Source: Candidatus Bathyarchaeota archaeon
GTDB taxonomy: Archaea; Thermoproteota; Bathyarchaeia; 40CM-2-53-6; RBG-13-38-9
Assembly (NCBI GenBank): GCA_963807605.1
Contig: CAWECG010000003.1
Span: 416,001-480,000, forward strand
Length of the DNA stretch: 64,000 nucleotides
Reading direction: 5' to 3'
Shown: positions 59,526 through 64,000 of the stretch, piece by piece
Layout: each line of letters begins with the position of its first letter
Position numbering within the stretch: position 1 is the first letter of the stretch
The notes under the pieces: model-generated
The model's database searches: none
The model's input: the letters and a program-made list of their open reading frames with translations, nothing else
Told to the model about the DNA's origin: nothing
Program-made: the position numbers and the translations under genes

Positions 59526-61322
59526 CTAACGCATCCCTGCTGTAGCAAGAAGTTGTGAAGACAGCTGGCTGAATTGAACATCTATCTTCTTCAGGAGTTC
59601 CTTTGCAAAGACCTCGAAATCCTCAGAAGGCTGTATCTTCATCCTTGCAATCTCATCCTTTACGGGTAGCTCGAGTATCCGCTGCAGAGGTACACCGCTT
59701 TCAGTAGCTTTCATCATCCCTCGGTGGAAGTTCATTATCACTTTGATCATATAGAAGCTCTTCTTAATGGGACAGAAGCTGTCAATGGGATGGACAGCGC
59801 TTTGCATGAGAAAATCTTCCTTTAGCATTCTGGCAACCTCTAGGGTCACTCTCTGGCTCTCGGATAAAGCGTCTGGACCAACGAGCATCACTATCTCCCT
59901 AAGCTCCTCATCTCTCTGAAGTATCTGCATAACCTCACGGCGAAGGTCGACCCATTCTTCTCCAATTCCTTTTCTGTACCACCCCTCAAGGGGATCCAGG
60001 TAGAGTGAGTAGCTCGTTAACCAGCTTATAGCCGGGAAGTGTCTTCTCTCAGCCAGGGCTTTATCAAGAGCCCAGAAGACCTTGACTATGCGTAGAGTAT
60101 TTTGAGTGACAGGTTCGGAGAAGTCGGATCCCGGAGGTGAGACCGCGCCCACCACCGATACTGACCCCAGATTAGATTCGCTGCCTAGGATCTCGACTCT
60201 TCCTGCCCTCTCGTAGAACTCTGCGAGTCTTGAGGCAAGATAGGCAGGATAGCCCTCTTCTCCAGGCATCTCCTCAAGTCTGCCTGAGATCTCTCTTAGG
60301 GCTTCAGCCCATCGAGATGTCGAGTCAGCCATCAACGCCACATCGTAGCCCATATCCCTGAAATACTCACTCACCGTAATGCCGGTGTAGATGCTAGCCT
60401 CCCTCGCCGCGATAGGCATATTTGATGTGTTAGCGAATAGTATTGTACGCGCCATCAACTCCTGTCCTGAACGTGGATCCTTAAGCTGTGGAAAACGCTC
60501 TAGAACCTCAGCCATCTCATTGCCTCTCTCACCACAACCAACATAGACTATGATGTCAGCGTCGGCCCATTGAGCCAGTTGATGCTGCATCACAGTCTTG
60601 CCTGTTCCAAAGCCCCCTGGAATAGCCGCAGTTCCACCCTTAGCGATTGGAAAGAGAAAGTCTATAATCCTCTGACCTGTCACGAGCGGTGTGTCTGCTG
60701 GCACCTTTCTCTTAAATGGTCGGGCTCTCCGGACAGGCCATGTGTGCATGAGTCTGGCTGTAACCTTTCCGGATGGACCGTCGATTGAGCATATATCATC
60801 CTCGACAGTGTAGTCTCCCTCGGAGACTATGCTTTTTATGGCGCCGGACACCTTGGGAGGCACTAGGATCCTGTGATTAACGAGGACAGACTCCTTCACT
60901 GTCCCGAGAACGTCCCCAGATTGAATACTCGCCCCTTTCTTCTGAGTTGGTTTGAAGGCCCATTTCTTCTTGCGGTCCAACGCTGTGACTACAATGCCTC
61001 TCTCGATGAAGTCACCAGAGAGCTCTTTGATAACTGGTAGCGGCCTCTGAATTCCATCATAAGTCTGTCCGACTATCCCAGGGCCAAGCTCGACCGATAG
61101 AGGTTTACCTGTTCGTTCTATCTTCTCTCCTGGCTTGATCCCGGTTGTCTCTTCATAGACCTGTATGGTCGCTCTGTCACCTTCGAGCCGTATGACCTCT
61201 CCTATGAGTCCGACTTCACCGACTTTGACAAGCTCATACATCAGCGACCCCGTCATGTTTTTGCCGACTACCACCGGCCCAGCAATATTCTCGATCTTTC
61301 CTGATTTGAACAAACATTTCAC
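59526..61322 (-). CDS. atpA: A/V-type ATP synthase subunit A
   Basis: [27 protein letters not shown]. Confidence 0.97.
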   Translation of the reverse strand: MKCLFKSGKIENIAGPVVVGKNMTGSLMYELVKVGEVGLIGEVIRLEGDRATIQVYEETTGIKPGEKIERTGKPLSVELGPGIVGQTYDGIQRPLPVIKELSGDFIERGIVVTALDRKKKWAFKPTQKKGASIQSGDVLGTVKESVLVNHRILVPPKVSGAIKSIVSEGDYTVEDDICSIDGPSGKVTARLMHTWPVRRARPFKRKVPADTPLVTGQRIIDFLFPIAKGGTAAIPGGFGTGKTVMQHQLAQWADADIIVYVGCGERGNEMAEVLERFPQLKDPRSGQELMARTILFANTSNMPIAAREASIYTGITVSEYFRDMGYDVALMADSTSRWAEALREISGRLEEMPGEEGYPAYLASRLAEFYERAGRVEILGSESNLGSVSVVGAVSPPGSDFSEPVTQNTLRIVKVFWALDKALAERRHFPAISWLTSYSLYLDPLEGWYRKGIGEEWVDLRREVMQILQRDEELREIVMLVGPDALSESQRVTLEVARMLKEDFLMQSAVHPIDSFCPIKKSFYMIKVIMNFHRGMMKATESGVPLQRILELPVKDEIARMKIQPSEDFEVFAKELLKKIDVQFSQLSSQLLATAGMR

Positions 61323-61632
61323 CGGAAGCGTTTCATCAGCAAACCTACAAGTTGTCGTTCTAGATTCAGATAAAACGAATTAAAGCTTTCTAACCACATA
61401 ACGTCTTGATCGTGTGCATTCTTCTCAGAAATCTAGGAAGATCCTACTCTCCATGAATAGGTTTGCCGTCACTAGAAAATTGAAGGTGCATATCCTTCTC
61501 AGGCAACCATGGGGAAGGCCTTTCCAAATCTACAGGAGGCTCTAGTAAATGCAATTGGCAGCCCCCGCTTTTCTCCAATGATGCGCATGTAATGAGTGGT
61601 TTAGTTTCTTGACGCGCGCGCTCTCTCACATG

Positions 61633-61768
61633 GGAGGCAGAGTAAAGGCAGATTACCATCAAGATTTCATTGTGTCGTCGCCGACGGTTGAAGTCGATGG
61701 CACAGTGCTTATGGAAAAGGGAAAGTTGGATGCTCGATATATCAATTCAGGCAGACATATCCTTTGAT
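61633..61768 (+). pseudogene. Possible C-terminal remnant of an M29 aminopeptidase-like gene
   Basis: GRVKADYHQDFIVSSPTVEVDG..LMEKG. Confidence 0.4.
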
Positions 61769-61811
61769 GAGGATGGCTGAATGATAATGCTCAAGTCCCT
61801 TTGGAGACTGT

Positions 61812-62189
61812 TCAACAATCAGTTTTGCAGATAGCACAGTCTTTGAGAGAACGATCCCTTCGTCTGCAAAGTGGGCAGACCAATCCCTTCTTTCTGACCA
61901 GGTTGCAAGCCTCACACAGAGCTTGAACGAGTTGAGACCTAGAGATTTCTTTGCTGACAAGTCTGTTCGCTATCTTCGCAGTTAGGATTTGGATCTCTGG
62001 TATGTTTTCAAGATCTAAGGCTCTCCCTCTGACTTTCCTAATGTATTTGCTTATGGCTGCCTGTGTGATTCCAAGGAGTTTGGCTGCCTCTTTCTGTCTA
62101 AGACCATGTTCCTCAAGAAGCTTCTTGGCCAGAACTGCTCTCAAGGCCGGTGCCACTGATTTGACAACAGCTTCACAGGGGACTGACAA
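61812..62189 (-). CDS. HTH transcriptional regulator (COG2522-like)
   Basis: PCE..PALRA..QKEAAKLLGITQAAISKY..RG; Cys cluster. Confidence 0.88.
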   Translation of the reverse strand: MSVPCEAVVKSVAPALRAVLAKKLLEEHGLRQKEAAKLLGITQAAISKYIRKVRGRALDLENIPEIQILTAKIANRLVSKEISRSQLVQALCEACNLVRKKGLVCPLCRRRDRSLKDCAICKTDC

Positions 62190-62313
62190 ATGTCACCACG
62201 AGGGGCTTTTGATAACGTAGTATATATGACATGTGTTATCTAACAGGTAAATAACCACATTATTCTTCTATCGAGATTCGGAACATAACCGAGCTGTAAC
62301 GGTAGAGTTCAGT

Positions 62314-63042
62314 ATGCCAGAAACGGGAGAGTTCGGTGGGAGTAAGCCAGTGAAAAAGGAAGAGCCCGTTCAGCAAGCCCTCAGAATACTCGGGATTCCC
62401 AGTTCTATCAACGTGAAGCTTGTGAAGAGCAAGAGAGTGGCGCCCTACGCAACTTTAGTATCTTACAGACAAAGTCAAGATGGAGAATCAAACCTAGAAT
62501 ATGTGATAGAGTATAGGAAGAATATGAAACCAGAGTTATTGAGACACGAACTCTGTCATCTTAAGCTTCATCTAATGGGTCTGCCTGTGGTTGAGGTTGA
62601 CGTAGGCTCGCCACCCAGTCTGCGAAGCCAAGTGCTTAGCACCCTACATGAAGACTACTATGCGAGCCTAATAATGCACCAGAAGTTCACGAAAGATTTC
62701 TTGTCGTCAATAATGAGAGACACGGGCAGTGGCGATCACGGCATACACCTCCATGATGAGGTCAACGATGATCTCCTCTCATGGTTACTCCAGAGATACG
62801 TCCTAAAAATTGCCGTACTTGAAGCTCTAGGATACAAGAATGAGGCCGAAACCAATAGAGAAGAAATAGAGCACTTGAAAGAGGAATCACATTTACAGCT
62901 TTACCTCTATCTGAACGCTATCTGTGAATATCTGAGTAGACTGCCGCCTCTGGATCCAAGTCTAAGGAAATTCACGGCTGAGGAGAAGGATTGCATCGGA
63001 AAAATAGTTGGAGCAATAAACGATGTTGAGATTTCTCTATGA
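62314..63042 (+). CDS. Hypothetical protein with HExxH metallopeptidase-like motif
   Basis: LLRHELCH..HED. Confidence 0.7.
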   Translation: MPETGEFGGSKPVKKEEPVQQALRILGIPSSINVKLVKSKRVAPYATLVSYRQSQDGESNLEYVIEYRKNMKPELLRHELCHLKLHLMGLPVVEVDVGSPPSLRSQVLSTLHEDYYASLIMHQKFTKDFLSSIMRDTGSGDHGIHLHDEVNDDLLSWLLQRYVLKIAVLEALGYKNEAETNREEIEHLKEESHLQLYLYLNAICEYLSRLPPLDPSLRKFTAEEKDCIGKIVGAINDVEISL

Positions 63043-63051
63043 GTCGCGGCT

Positions 63052-63255
63052 CTACTCTTTTACTTCAATGGCCTGTGTTGGACATTGTGTTTCACAAGCG
63101 CGGCAGACAATGCAGGAATCATTGTTCACAGGAACAGCTTTCGTTTCACCGTTGAAGTCAGGTTTATTCTGTAGCTCAAAGACTGAAACTGGGCAGACGC
63201 TGACACAAGTTCCATCCCCATTACATTTGGAAAAGTCTACTGTGACCTTTGGCAT
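63052..63255 (-). CDS. Ferredoxin (4Fe-4S dicluster-type)
   Basis: CNGDGTCVSVCP, CIVCRACETQCP. Confidence 0.93.
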   Translation of the reverse strand: MPKVTVDFSKCNGDGTCVSVCPVSVFELQNKPDFNGETKAVPVNNDSCIVCRACETQCPTQAIEVKE

Positions 63256-63431
63256 TATTACACCTCACAATTTTTGGCTCCAACAGTTCAGCATTATCTC
63301 TTATATAGTTTCCTTAAATGAGAGAAGTTTAATACTGCTTGAACTCATCTTAGCCAGCTCTTCCGGGTTAGAGAGCTTAATCGATGAATCATGCGCAAGA
63401 CTACAGAGAGATACGCAGAGGAGAATATGAG

Positions 63432-64000
63432 ATGACAAGAAATCTTTCCGATAGATCGCTAGAGCTCAAACAGTCGGCCTTCGCGGAGTTCTTCGCAGAA
63501 GCAGTCGAGATGCAGCGTTCAGGAGAGGATGTAATACATCTACATGTTGGAGAACCTGACTTCAAGACTCCAAGACATATTGTGGAGGCAGCTCGATTAG
63601 CAATGGAAGAAGGTTTCACACATTACACTCCTCCGGGAGGATTCTACGAACTAAGAGAGACGATCTCAGAGAAACTAAAGAACGATAATGGAATAGAAGC
63701 GGATCCCTCGAGTGAGATTTGTGTTCTCTCTGGCGGCTACAGTGCGCTCTACTGCGCTTTTCAAGCACTCATCAATCGAGGCGATGAGGTTATACTTCCT
63801 CAGCCTTGCCTGCCCCAATACTGGGGCGACATAGTCTTAGCGGGTGGCAAAGCAGTTTCCCTCAGACTGTGCAAGGAAAACCAGTTCAAACCGGATCTTG
63901 ATGAACTCAAGTCAAAGGTCAGCGAGAAGTCTAAGGTACTTCTGTTAAACTCCCCCCAAAACCCGACCGGTTCAGTATTAACTGAAAAGGACATGACAGG
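63432..64000 (+). CDS. PLP-dependent aminotransferase class I/II (3'-truncated by window)
   Basis: Manual translation VIHLHVGEPDF, THYT..G..ELR, GDEVI, LNSPQNPTG. Confidence 0.92.
   Translation, partial: MTRNLSDRSLELKQSAFAEFFAEAVEMQRSGEDVIHLHVGEPDFKTPRHIVEAARLAMEEGFTHYTPPGGFYELRETISEKLKNDNGIEADPSSEICVLSGGYSALYCAFQALINRGDEVILPQPCLPQYWGDIVLAGGKAVSLRLCKENQFKPDLDELKSKVSEKSKVLLLNSPQNPTGSVLTEKDMT

Noticed and set aside
57484-61322. A-B-D-only ATPase cluster as a novel complex
   Set aside because: Split A/V-ATPase operons are common in TACK archaea; other subunits are probably elsewhere.

Overview
Archaeal chromosome segment, most consistent with Bathyarchaeia or a related TACK lineage (inferred from the TFE/aTrm56/MBF1/PUA/NAC and DUF2110/HD gene order, a corrinoid protein and BHB-intron tRNAs). 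Positions 1-5409 are the end of an integrative element (ATPase, MNT-HEPN pair, tyrosine integrase) abutting the 3' end of a two-intron tRNA-Lys(UUU). Positions 5508-41720 are a second, ~36 kb island integrated into the 5' end of the same tRNA, bounded by 17-bp perfect att repeats and carrying its own integrase and a replacement tRNA promoter. The island holds many defence-like genes (HEPN, NYN, PIN, TIR, SIR2 fragment, HNH), two aminoacyl-tRNA-synthetase-derived genes, a casposase remnant and a candidate structured ncRNA. It also has about 12 copies of a lox-like intergenic site (core CTC-ACCAGCTA) that bracket single genes like cassettes, which is the best candidate for an undescribed system. 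Core genome resumes at ~41.9 kb with a tRNA-Asp(GUC) carrying four BHB-type introns, an IS, GGR, icd, tfe, aTrm56, MBF1, NAC, A/V-ATPase A/B/D, a ferredoxin and an aminotransferase. All calls were made by eye from sequence motifs; no database searches were run.
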